Assembly (NCBI GenBank): GCA_040882355.1
Contig: JBBEBM010000004.1
Coordinates: forward strand, 112,482-176,481
DNA length: 64,000 nucleotides
Direction: 5' to 3'
DNA from: Dehalococcoidia bacterium
GTDB taxonomy: Bacteria > Chloroflexota > Dehalococcoidia > DSTF01 > RBG-16-68-14
Part shown: piece after piece, positions 52,937 to 62,500 of the stretch
How positions within the stretch are numbered: position 1 is the stretch's first letter
Layout: each line of letters starts with the position of its first letter
Notes under the pieces: model-generated
Told to the model about the DNA's origin: nothing
Seen by the model: only the letters and a program-made list of their open reading frames with translations
The model's database searches: none
Translations under genes and position numbers: made by a program

Positions 52937-55042
52937 GTGGCCCCATCCACATCGTTTCCGGGCAACGCCGCCTACTACACCCTATTCATCGGCTTCGTTT
53001 CGATGTTCATCTTCCTGGCGGGCACGCGGGCGGCTGTGATCCTGGGCGGGAAGTGGGAGAACCGGCTCGGCTCGCCGAGCGACATCTGGCAGCGGATCGT
53101 TACGTTCCCCAGCCTGGTGCTGGCGACGGGTCGAGTGAACCGGCCGCGGTACTGGTACGCCGGCCTCCTGCACACCATGATCTTCTGGGGCTTCATCGCG
53201 CTTCAGGTGCGCACGCTCAACTTCATCCTGGACGGCTTCAACGAGAACATCAGCCTCCAGAGCATCTTCGGCACGCTCTACGATCTCTTCCGCCCGATCA
53301 TGGACGCGTTCGACGTGCTGGTGATCATCGGTGTGGCGATGGCCGCGGCGCAACGCGCATTCGTCAAGCCGGCGCGGCTCACGCTGAACTGGGACGCCTG
53401 GTTCATCCTCTTCCTTATGTGGTTCCTGATGGTGAGCGACGTCCTCCTCCACAGTTTCGCGATCTACCTCGATCGCGGCGACCGCGACGCATTCTCGTTC
53501 TTCGCGTTCGGGCTCGCGAACTTGTGGGACAGCATCGGTATGAGCCGGGCGACGGCTGAGGCGCTGCACACCTGCTGGTGGTACCTCCACCTGCTGGACT
53601 TCCTGGTCTTCCTCTGCTACCTGCCGATCTCGAAGCACTCGCACATCCTGACAGCGCCGATCAACGTTCTCTTCCGCCGCCTCACGCCTACGGGCGTGCT
53701 CCAGACGATCCCGGACCTGGAGGAGCGGGAAGTCTTCGGCGTAGGCAAGGTGCAGGACTTCTCCTGGAAGCAGACCCTCGACTTCTACACCTGCACCGAG
53801 TGCGGGCGCTGCGAGATCAACTGTCCTGCGTTCATCAGCGGGAAGGACCTCTCGCCCAAGAAGATCATGCACGACATGCGCGCCGTGGCGGAGCAGGAGG
53901 CGCGTGAGCGCGTCGGCCTCGTCGCGCCCGGCGCGAACGGCGAGCCACTGAAGCTGATCGACGCCGTCGGCTTCAACGCGATCTGGGACTGCGTGAACTG
54001 CGGCGCCTGCCAGGAGCAGTGCCCTGTGTTCATCGAGCACATCCCCGCGCTGATGGACATGCGCCGCTATCTGGTGATGGACGAGGCGAACATGCCGGAG
54101 ACAGCCGCGAGCACGCTGATGCAGCTCGAACAGCGCGGCCATCCGTGGAAGGGCACGCCGCTTACCCGGACGTCGTGGATGGACGAGATGGAGTTCGAGA
54201 TCCCTCGCTTCGACGGTAAGCAGGAGTACCTGTTCTGGGTGGGCTGCACCGGCGCCCTCGTCGAGCGCAACGTGAAGGTGACGCAGTCAGTCGCGCGTCT
54301 GCTGCACGAGGCCGGAGTGAGCTTTGGCTGCCTGGGCGAAGAGGAGACCTGCACCGGCGACCCCGCCCGTCGCCTGGGCAACGAGTACCTCTATCAGATG
54401 CAGGCGACCCAAACGATCGAAGTGCTCCAGGGCAAGAAGGTGCAGAAGGTGCTCGCCACCTGCCCGCACTGCTTCAACGTGATGAAGAACGAGTACCGCC
54501 AGCTCGAAGGGTATTTCGAGGTCAAGCACCACACGGAGCTGCTGGCCGAGCTGATCGAGCAAGGCAAGCTCAAGGCCGACCACGAGCTCGCGGAGAAGAT
54601 CGCCTACCACGACTCGTGCTTCATGGGCCGCCACAACGGCGTCTACGACCCGCCCCGCCAGATCATCGAAGCGATTCCCGGCGCCGAGCTCGTCGAGTTG
54701 CCTCGCTGCAAGGAGAACGGCTTCTGCTGCGGGGCGGGCGGCTCGCACATGTGGGTGGAGGAGAGCAAGGGGCGCCGGATCAACCACCTGCGCACCGAAG
54801 AGGCGCAGGAGAGCGGCTGCAAGATGCTCGCCGCGAACTGCCCGTTCTGCATCCAGATGTTCGAGGACGGCATCCCGTCCGTCGAGCAGGACGAATCGAA
54901 GCGGATGAAGGCCTACGACATCGCTGAGCTGCTTGAGCAGGCCGTGATGGGCCCTAGGCCGACCAACGGCGCGAAGCCGTCCGGGCCGGAGCCCGTCGTC
55001 GCCGCCGCTGCCGACCCGCCTGCGGAAAGCGAAGGTTCATGA
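52937..55042 (+). CDS. Membrane Fe-S oxidoreductase, FadF/HdrD-like (NarI-like TM + 2x4Fe-4S + 2 CCG domains)
   Basis: CTECGRCEINCP, CVNCGACQEQCP, CTG, CPHC, YHDSC, CCGAGG, CPFC. Confidence 0.9.
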   Translation: MAPSTSFPGNAAYYTLFIGFVSMFIFLAGTRAAVILGGKWENRLGSPSDIWQRIVTFPSLVLATGRVNRPRYWYAGLLHTMIFWGFIALQVRTLNFILDGFNENISLQSIFGTLYDLFRPIMDAFDVLVIIGVAMAAAQRAFVKPARLTLNWDAWFILFLMWFLMVSDVLLHSFAIYLDRGDRDAFSFFAFGLANLWDSIGMSRATAEALHTCWWYLHLLDFLVFLCYLPISKHSHILTAPINVLFRRLTPTGVLQTIPDLEEREVFGVGKVQDFSWKQTLDFYTCTECGRCEINCPAFISGKDLSPKKIMHDMRAVAEQEARERVGLVAPGANGEPLKLIDAVGFNAIWDCVNCGACQEQCPVFIEHIPALMDMRRYLVMDEANMPETAASTLMQLEQRGHPWKGTPLTRTSWMDEMEFEIPRFDGKQEYLFWVGCTGALVERNVKVTQSVARLLHEAGVSFGCLGEEETCTGDPARRLGNEYLYQMQATQTIEVLQGKKVQKVLATCPHCFNVMKNEYRQLEGYFEVKHHTELLAELIEQGKLKADHELAEKIAYHDSCFMGRHNGVYDPPRQIIEAIPGAELVELPRCKENGFCCGAGGSHMWVEESKGRRINHLRTEEAQESGCKMLAANCPFCIQMFEDGIPSVEQDESKRMKAYDIAELLEQAVMGPRPTNGAKPSGPEPVVAAAADPPAESEGS

Positions 55043-55158
55043 GCGGCGACGCTCCGCCCGAGCCCGGCCAGCCGCCAGCGGTTGTCCTCTATCTGCTTTA
55101 CGCCTTCTTCGTCATCGTGCTGATCGCGGTGCTCGCCGTCGTCGCGGCGTACGCGTAG
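55039..55158 (+). CDS. 39-aa single-pass membrane protein
   Basis: MSGDAPPEPGQPPAVVLYLLYAFFVIVLIAVLAVVAAYA; ATGA overlap with the oxidoreductase stop; GC3-rich codons. Confidence 0.6.
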   Translation: MSGDAPPEPGQPPAVVLYLLYAFFVIVLIAVLAVVAAYA

Positions 55159-55201
55159 CATCAGCCGACTTACACGACCGGCCGTGCTATAATCGCGGCG
55201 G

Positions 55202-55825
55202 ATGGTCTCCGCCTCACAAACGGCCGCGCACGATTCGACTGCTGACGCGCCGCCCGCGACGGCCGCCCGGCCCATCGCGCGCCTCAACGCCCGCATCTCC
55301 GCCTACCTGGCCGACTCCGTGATCCTGGTCGCGTTCATCCTCGTCTTCTTCGTGCTCGCGGGCGCCGAGCTGCTCGTGGCCAACAGCCGCTCTGATGGCG
55401 ACCCGCCCGACTCCGCGTTCTACGCGTTCGTCGCCATCTTCCTCGGCGGGGTGCTGCTTTCGTGGACACTTGTCAACCTGGCGCTCGTGCGCTGGCGCGG
55501 CCAGACGGCGGGGATGTACGTGATCGGCATCAAGGTCGTCCCAAGCGAGGGCCAGCGGCTGACCACCGGCCAGCTCCTCGCGCGCTGGTTTGGGCTCCAT
55601 CCGCTCCTCTTCCACCCGCTGCTGCTGCCGCTCTGGGCGCTCCTGTCGCTGCTGCTTGTCTCGCTCATCGTGAGCCAGCTCGTGCTCGTAGTGACGGTCG
55701 CTCTCGTCCTGCTCTGCGTCGTCTCGCCTGCCGCGAACCTGGCCCTGCTGATCACCGACCCGGAGCGACGCGCCCTGCACGACCGGCTGGCCCGCACGGT
55801 CGTCATCCACCTCGAACAGCCGTGA
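55202..55825 (+). CDS. RDD family membrane protein
   Basis: RISAYLAD, GQTAGM, RRALHDRLART; TGCTATAAT 8 nt upstream. Confidence 0.88.
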   Translation: MVSASQTAAHDSTADAPPATAARPIARLNARISAYLADSVILVAFILVFFVLAGAELLVANSRSDGDPPDSAFYAFVAIFLGGVLLSWTLVNLALVRWRGQTAGMYVIGIKVVPSEGQRLTTGQLLARWFGLHPLLFHPLLLPLWALLSLLLVSLIVSQLVLVVTVALVLLCVVSPAANLALLITDPERRALHDRLARTVVIHLEQP

Positions 55826-56661
55826 GCCAGGTCGAACGCGACCCCTACGCCGACCTGCCGATGCTGGAGCCTCCGCGCTCCTCGTGGCGGGGCGTCGCCG
55901 TTTGGGTGCTGGGCGTGCTGTTGCTGCTGGACATCGGCGCGCTGCTGTTCGCGCTGTCGTTCGCGAATGTGACGGCCGAGGGGCCGGCCAAGCGCACCCT
56001 TCGCAACAGCGCCGCGATCTTGACCGAGGTCGACGCCTACCTGGACGACCAGTACGATTCGCTGCGCCAGCAGGCGGAGCAGCAGCCGGACCGCCCGCTC
56101 ACGCCGCCCGATTACCCGATCGCGGTCACGTTCACAGCAGACGAGGTGCTCGCGAGCGACCGCGAGGAGTTCCGCGGCATGCTACTCGATCGCTCCGCGG
56201 ATGCCCTCTACGCGGAAGGGACGGACGCGATCGTGAGCGAGAACGACAACGACTCTGACTTTTCGACGCAGGCTGCCGTTCGCGACGGCATGAACGTGCT
56301 CCGGGAGCGGCAGCACGATGGGCTCACTGTCGCGACGATCGTTCTCGCCGCTGGCGCTGGTGTCCTGGCGTTGGGCCTGCTGCTCATCGCGCGCGGATAC
56401 GCCGGGCTGCTGGGTCTGGGCATCGGCGTCTTTCTGGGGTCGCTGCCGTTCCTCGTCCTTGCCATCGCGGTGCGCTTCGCGTTCCGGCTTGCTGCGGACG
56501 CCACGGGCGATTCGTTTGTGGAGGAGTACCTGAAGCTGGGGCAGGAGCTGACCTGGGCCCCCATCCGCAACGGGATCGTCTTCACTGTGGGGAGCGCCGC
56601 CGTGATCGTCATGGGGGCCGCGTTAGCCCGCTGGGGTCGAACGGCCGGTCGCGCGTACTAG
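55822..56661 (+). CDS. Hypothetical membrane protein
   Basis: GTGA coupling to RDD gene; 4 TM segments around a soluble loop. Confidence 0.75.
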   Translation: MSQVERDPYADLPMLEPPRSSWRGVAVWVLGVLLLLDIGALLFALSFANVTAEGPAKRTLRNSAAILTEVDAYLDDQYDSLRQQAEQQPDRPLTPPDYPIAVTFTADEVLASDREEFRGMLLDRSADALYAEGTDAIVSENDNDSDFSTQAAVRDGMNVLRERQHDGLTVATIVLAAGAGVLALGLLLIARGYAGLLGLGIGVFLGSLPFLVLAIAVRFAFRLAADATGDSFVEEYLKLGQELTWAPIRNGIVFTVGSAAVIVMGAALARWGRTAGRAY

Positions 56662-57203
56662 GCGCGCTTCTTCCTCTGCTTGCGCTTGGGTCGCACGACC
56701 AGCACGGGGGCGACGCCGCTGCGCACGACCTCTGCGGTGACACTGCCGTGAAGCGTCTCGCTGAGGCCGGAGCGGCCGTGCGTGGCCATCGCGATCAGGT
56801 CGAAGCGCTCCTTCTTCGCGAAGGCGACGATCTCCGCCGCAGGGTTCCCGAAGTGGACGGCGGCGTGAACGGGCCGGCCTGTCTTCAAGAGCACCTTCCC
56901 CACGTTGTCGAGGTACCCGAGCAGCTCGTCTTCTCGTCGCGCGATCGCCTGGCCCTTCGACTCGGCGTAGGCAGGCGGGGCAGCGGGTAGCACGCCGGGC
57001 GAGATGCCGCCGGGCGCGGCGATGCCCCCAAGGGGCAGCGCCTGCCTCAGGCCGGGCCGCCGTCGGCGCGTGGCTTGCGGCTCCTCACCGGCGATGAAGA
57101 GCGTCACGTCCGCCGTGGTACCGGCCAGCAGCTCGGCGACGACCGGCAGCACCTCTTCAGAGAGGTCTGAGCCATCGACGGGCACGAGCACCTTCTTGAA
57201 CAC
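56658..57203 (-). CDS. Universal stress protein
   Basis: KKVLVPVDGS, DLIAMATHGRSG, GSVTAEVV, PVLVV. Confidence 0.9.
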   Translation of the reverse strand: MFKKVLVPVDGSDLSEEVLPVVAELLAGTTADVTLFIAGEEPQATRRRRPGLRQALPLGGIAAPGGISPGVLPAAPPAYAESKGQAIARREDELLGYLDNVGKVLLKTGRPVHAAVHFGNPAAEIVAFAKKERFDLIAMATHGRSGLSETLHGSVTAEVVRSGVAPVLVVRPKRKQRKKRA

Positions 57204-57371
57204 GCGGTGCCTCCTTCCTTCGAGCCGGCCACCGCAGGGATGCGTCAGCCGTCCCGAGCAGATACTACATCAGCCGGACAAGCAAGGCCAGCGACCTGGG
57301 TGCTCTCGACCCACGCAGGGCGCTGGAGTAAGCTAGGCCCAAACTGGTGGCCGGGGACCATCGAGCCGATA

Positions 57372-58406
57372 GTGACACATTCCGAGCGACGCTTCATGCT
57401 GCTGCTGGCCTGCGCGCTCGCCGCCGTTGCGGCGCTGGGCGCGCTTGCCGATCGCGGCCTCGAGAGCCAGGATGCGCGCGCATCCGACGTGGCCGCCGTG
57501 TCCGAGGCGCCGGGCAATGCGTCGCGCGGCGGGGACCGGGCGGCGCTGCCCGCGGGGCATCCATTCTCTCAGGCGCGCCTCATCGCGCCGCTCGGCGAAC
57601 GACTGCCTCGTCTCGCCGCCCTGCTTGTGCCGGAAGCGCCGCTACTGGAGGAGGCACAGATCGTCAGCTACTACGGCAATCCGTACACGGCAGATCTCGG
57701 CGTGCTGGGCGCGGCTGACCTTGACACGGTCACCGCTCAGCTCGAGGCGCAGGCGACCCGCTACGATCAGCTCAACGGCGAAACGCGCGTCATCCCTGCG
57801 CTCCATCTGGTGTACGCGGTCGCGCAGGGTCAGCCCACGCCGAATGGCCGCTTCCTTCAGTACACGGACGAGGCCACGGTCGACCGCTTCATCGCGTTCA
57901 CACGAGAGCGGGGGCTGCTGCTCTTCCTGGACCTGCAGATCGGCCACGGCGCTATCGATGAAGAGTTGCGGCAGGTGCTCCCCTACCTGCGCAACCCTCA
58001 GGTTCACCTCGCGCTCGATCCGGAGTTCGCGATGGCGCCGGGTCAGGTGCCCGGCGTGGATCTCGGCAGCCTGCCCGCCGCCGACATCAATCGCGCGCAG
58101 GAGGTGCTCCGCGACCTTGTTCGAGAGGAGCGCCTTCCGCCCAAGCTGCTCATCGTGCACCAGTTCACCGACAGTATGGTGCCCGACGGTTGGGCGATTC
58201 AACGGTACGCGAACGTGGAGCTGATCATCGATATGGACGGCTTCGGCCCGGCCGCCATCAAGCGCGTCACGTACCTGCGCTACGCGCTACGTCCGTACGC
58301 GACGAACGCCGCGCTCAAGCTCTTCTTCCAGTACGACCCGGACCTGATGTCGGAGGAGGAGGTGCTCTCACTGGAGCCGCGGCCCAGGGTGATTATCTAT
58401 CAGTAG
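57372..58406 (+). CDS. Conserved hypothetical secreted protein
   Basis: Signal-like segment; YYGNP, LDLQIG, LALDPEF, VHQF, MDGFG, KLFF motifs; start uncertain. Confidence 0.75.
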   Translation: MTHSERRFMLLLACALAAVAALGALADRGLESQDARASDVAAVSEAPGNASRGGDRAALPAGHPFSQARLIAPLGERLPRLAALLVPEAPLLEEAQIVSYYGNPYTADLGVLGAADLDTVTAQLEAQATRYDQLNGETRVIPALHLVYAVAQGQPTPNGRFLQYTDEATVDRFIAFTRERGLLLFLDLQIGHGAIDEELRQVLPYLRNPQVHLALDPEFAMAPGQVPGVDLGSLPAADINRAQEVLRDLVREERLPPKLLIVHQFTDSMVPDGWAIQRYANVELIIDMDGFGPAAIKRVTYLRYALRPYATNAALKLFFQYDPDLMSEEEVLSLEPRPRVIIYQ

Positions 58407-59388
58407 GAGCCGGGGTCGCGGGCTGTTCCTCGCGCGCCTCTTCAGACGGCTCGACGATGGCAGGCGCGCTGCTAGCGCGGTGGGGCGATCTGGAGATGCT
58501 GCTCATCCCCAGCGCCGCTTCATGCAAGCGTAGCTCGGCGGCCAGGGCCCGCTGCTCTGCCGCGGTGCGGAGGGCCTCGTCGGCCTGCTCCGCTTCCTCC
58601 AGGCGGGAGAGCTGCCGCTCGCACTCCAGGAAGCGCTGGCTGAGGAAGGCGTACCGCGTCACGGCGCGGACGTCGGCCGGGCCCAGGTGGGGGCATTGCT
58701 CGTAGACTTGGTAGACGAGCTTGCGCACGCCGCGCGCTGTCCCGCGCGGGATCAGCACCTCACCCAGGTTCTCCGGCCGCGCGATCTGACGCGGCACGCG
58801 CGTCGCCTTTAGGTCGACAGGGAGCTCCGCGTCATCCGACGGCAGCGGCATGCCGGCGAAGACGAGGCCGAGCACCATCAGCGCCAGCACGAGGCCCGTG
58901 TGCGCTCCCTCGATCAGCGCGATCACGCCCAGAACAACGACGACGAACGCGGCAACGATCTTGCGCCACGGCAGCGTCTGCAGGTCCGGCAGGTCGATGC
59001 TCGGCAGGGCGGGCGCCGATGTCTCCGTGGACGCCTCGGTGCCCTGGCGCCACTTGGCCCGGTCTGCCGCGATGGTCATGATGGACGAGAGCATGGCCTT
59101 CGGCTGCGGATCGTCGCACTCCGGTTGGGCGATGCCTGTGCGTCGGAAGTCGTACTCCCGCCGCAGCACGGGCGAGCCGAGGACGCCGTACGCTTCGTTC
59201 AGCTCGTCGAGCGCTTCCTTTGCTTCCGGGTCGTGCCGCAGGGCGGCGTTGTATCGACGGGCCAGGTACCAGTAGGCCTGCTCCACGGCGGCCGCGTCAG
59301 CGCCCGATTGGAGGCGCAGGACTTGATAGAAGTCCTTGCTCCAGCCTTCCGGCCCGCTGGCCTGCATTGTAGCGCTCTGCGCGTCCAT
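58393..59388 (-). CDS. J-domain-like membrane protein lacking HPD
   Basis: DFYQVL, LARRY, LNEAYGVLGSPVLRREYD; two TM segments. Confidence 0.75.
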   Translation of the reverse strand: MDAQSATMQASGPEGWSKDFYQVLRLQSGADAAAVEQAYWYLARRYNAALRHDPEAKEALDELNEAYGVLGSPVLRREYDFRRTGIAQPECDDPQPKAMLSSIMTIAADRAKWRQGTEASTETSAPALPSIDLPDLQTLPWRKIVAAFVVVVLGVIALIEGAHTGLVLALMVLGLVFAGMPLPSDDAELPVDLKATRVPRQIARPENLGEVLIPRGTARGVRKLVYQVYEQCPHLGPADVRAVTRYAFLSQRFLECERQLSRLEEAEQADEALRTAAEQRALAAELRLHEAALGMSSISRSPHRASSAPAIVEPSEEAREEQPATPAPTDR

Positions 59389-59467
59389 TCGTTCCAAAGC
59401 CTCACTACTAGTAACGGCCAGAAGCGCGGCGATCTGTCGTCCGGATGATTGACATAACTGTACGAGA

Positions 59468-59507
59468 GCGGGGCCCCACAACCCATGAGGAAGCTGTGGG
59501 GCCCCGC
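59468..59507 (-). terminator. Terminator-like hairpin after acylase gene
   Basis: 13-bp stem gcggggccccaca / tgtggggccccgc. Confidence 0.65.
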
Positions 59508-59536
59508 AAGCAGCCAGCACGGGCTGCTACGGTGGC

Positions 59537-62500
59537 TTACATGCAGTTGTGCCCGAACTGCCCGACCACGGCGCCGATATCGCCGATGGAGATGGTCCCG
59601 TTCGGCGGCAGCAGGTCCCAAGCATCACCGCCCGGGATGCTGCCGTTGCGGTCGGCGCTAGTGTGGTAACCGCTCACAGAGGCCGGTGCGGTAAGGGGGT
59701 TGCCGTTGACGTCGCCGCTGGCCCCGTAGCGCCCAACCACCGCCCCAACGTCGCCGATTCCCACGATCTTGTCGCGTGTGAAGGGCGCGCCCGTGAACTG
59801 GTCCATCACGTCCCAGAAGTTGAGCGGGTCCCGGCGGCCGCCCTGCGCCTGATCGGTGCCCGCTTCGCGTTGATTCGAGCAGCCGTCCAGGTCCAGGTCC
59901 TGCGGCCCGTCCTGCGTGCCGTTATCGTCGGTGTCCGGGTCGGTCGGATCCGTGCCGGAGAGGAACTCGCCGAAGAGCGTCAGGCCGTCGGCGTCCGCAT
60001 CGCTCGTCGGGCTTGGGCTGTTCGAGCCGAAGTACCAGCGTTCGAAGCCGTCCAGAACACCGTCGTTGTCAACGTCGCCGTCGGGATCGGTCGCCAGGTC
60101 CTCCCCGACGTGGAGCATCGGCACGAAGCGCCAGTCGCGCCAGGTAGAGTGGAGGCTGCTGTCGTTGCGGTCCGGGAAGCCGGCGGCGTCGATGAAGCCG
60201 CTCTGGCCAAGCGGGAAGATGAACTCGCCCAGCACCGTGGGGCCGACCTCGACGTTCTGTTCCCAGATGCCGCGGTTACCGGACGGCGTTGGAGGGAAGA
60301 CGAGGTGCGCGAAGAGCGCCGAGAGCGGGTGCGCGTACGTCGAGTTCGGGCGCGAGCCGTCAGCCGGCAGCCCGCCGCCGAAATCGCTGATCGTCTGGGC
60401 GAGCGAGTCGCGCGCGACGACGCGCCAGTCGGTGCCGTTGAAGTAATCGCCTGCATATGCCTGACCGTACGAGCCGGACGGCCCGCCGGCGGCGGAGTCG
60501 ATGGCGTGCTGCACCAGGTCGAGTCCTGCGGTGCCGGTGCGCGGCGGAATGCCGGTGCCCGACAGCTCGTCGGCGTAGATGTTGTTCGATAGCTTGGTGA
60601 TCAGCGCGTTGAGGAACGCGACCTCCCCCTCCATCGTCGTAGCAGTAACGGGGTCGATGTAGTTCCGTCCGAAGAACGGGCTGCCGTTGTGGGTCTCGAG
60701 CGCCGCCAGCACGGTATCGACAGCCGGATTGCCGCCGTTGCCGACGCCGTCGACAGCGAGCCGCAGCCGCGGGATGAGGAACTGCCCGAAGCGGCCCTTG
60801 CCGTCCAGGCCGGCCACGTCCTTGTTGAGCTGGCGCACGTCGTCGCGCGTGACGGAGAGGTCCGCGGCTAGCCGCTCCAGGATGAACGTGACGCGGTGCT
60901 GCCGGCCGAACGGACCGGGGTCCAGCGTGGCGGCCTTGTTGTTCCAGTTCGCGGTATAGCCCTGCGACGGGTTGATCGCCTCCGGCATCGCCACGATCTC
61001 GTAGACCTCGAACAGGTCGCCGGCCGAGGGCGTGACGCCCCAGTCCTCTTCCAGCGTGAGCGTATCGTCCGTGTTGCTGGCGATGCGGCGTGTCTGCCGG
61101 TAGCCGTCGCCGCCCGTAATGGTGACGATGTACTCGCTACCGAGCTGGCTGGGGTCGTCGAGGCGGTAGTTGTAGGGCGGCGGAGACAAGTCCTCCCCTG
61201 TGAACGAGCCCGTGCTGGTCAGTATATCCGTACCGGCGCTGCCGACGGTCCCGCTCAGGAAGACGAGCTCGTTCGGCTGCGTGCCGTCCATGGGGAGGCG
61301 CGTGTCCGTGGCAGGCGCACCCTGCCGCATACGGAAGAAGCCGGACGACCAGTACCCGGTGTTGCCGTTCCCCGTGGCCGGGGCGATATCGGTGCCGATA
61401 CCGTTGAAGGCGTTGTTGTCCGCGGCCAGGAAGTTGTGCGTACTCGGCATCAAGCGCACACCGCGCCGGATGTCCAGGACGCTCTCGGCGCGCTGGAAGT
61501 ACGAGAAGCCGAGCGCGGAAGTCGATTCCTCCAGCCAGAAGCCGCGCTCCTGTGAGATGGCGATGATGTCGCTTCCGGCGCGCGCCGCGACGTATTGTGA
61601 CGTGTTGTCGGGCGTTATGGTCCAGGCGTCGCCCGCGTCGAGCGTCAGCGTGTTGGTGGTACTCGAGAGGATCGGGCGCATCTGGCCGGCGCCGGTGCCG
61701 CCCGTGATCGCCACGTATCCGGCCGAGTAGTCGCCCGTGAAGGCGCTCGCGTCAGTGAGCGAGTCCGAGGCCGCGCTGTCCGTAGTGCCGGTCTTGTCGC
61801 CCTGGAAGGCGGGCACGGTGCGTGAACCCTTGTTGCTGGCGCGTTCGTGCGTGCGCCAGACGACGATCGAACCCGGCGGCGTGCCCTGGATCAGCTCCAG
61901 CCGCTTGTTCATAAGGGCCGGCGTGCCCTCATCGTTGTAGCGAAGGGTGTCCGTCTCTTCGAGGATGAGCTGATCGAGGTACGTGTCGTTGTTCTTGAGG
62001 GCGGCGGTCGTGGTGGTGAACGCCACGTCGTCCGTCTGGCCGATGAGGATCAGGGGCGCCCCGATGAACTCCATTCCGATGCCCTGGATGCGGTGGTCGC
62101 TGCCCTCCGCGCTCCGGTTCTCCACGAAGTGCATGATCGAGGGTGTCTGGATCCCGGTCTGCGGGAAGCCGCCGATCCACGGGTTGCCGGTCGCCGAGCG
62201 CTCGCCATCGACCATCCACGCGTAGCTGCCGAGCTTCGGCCATGCGCCGAGCCGCTTCGCAAGCTCCTCGCGATGAGCGTGCTGCTCCCGGATCGGGTCA
62301 AGCGCCTCATCGAAGTCGTACGCCGGGAACTGCGAGAGGAACTCTCGCAGACTGTCCGAGCCCTGGCGCTGGGCGAGCGGACCGCCGAAGCCCGGCGTCG
62401 TCGGGTCGGGCACGGAGACGGGAGCGAGCGGGTCGACCAGGAAGTTGAGGTCGTCCCAGATCTCGTCGCCGTCCGAGGGGAACTTGTCGAGCAGGCTATT

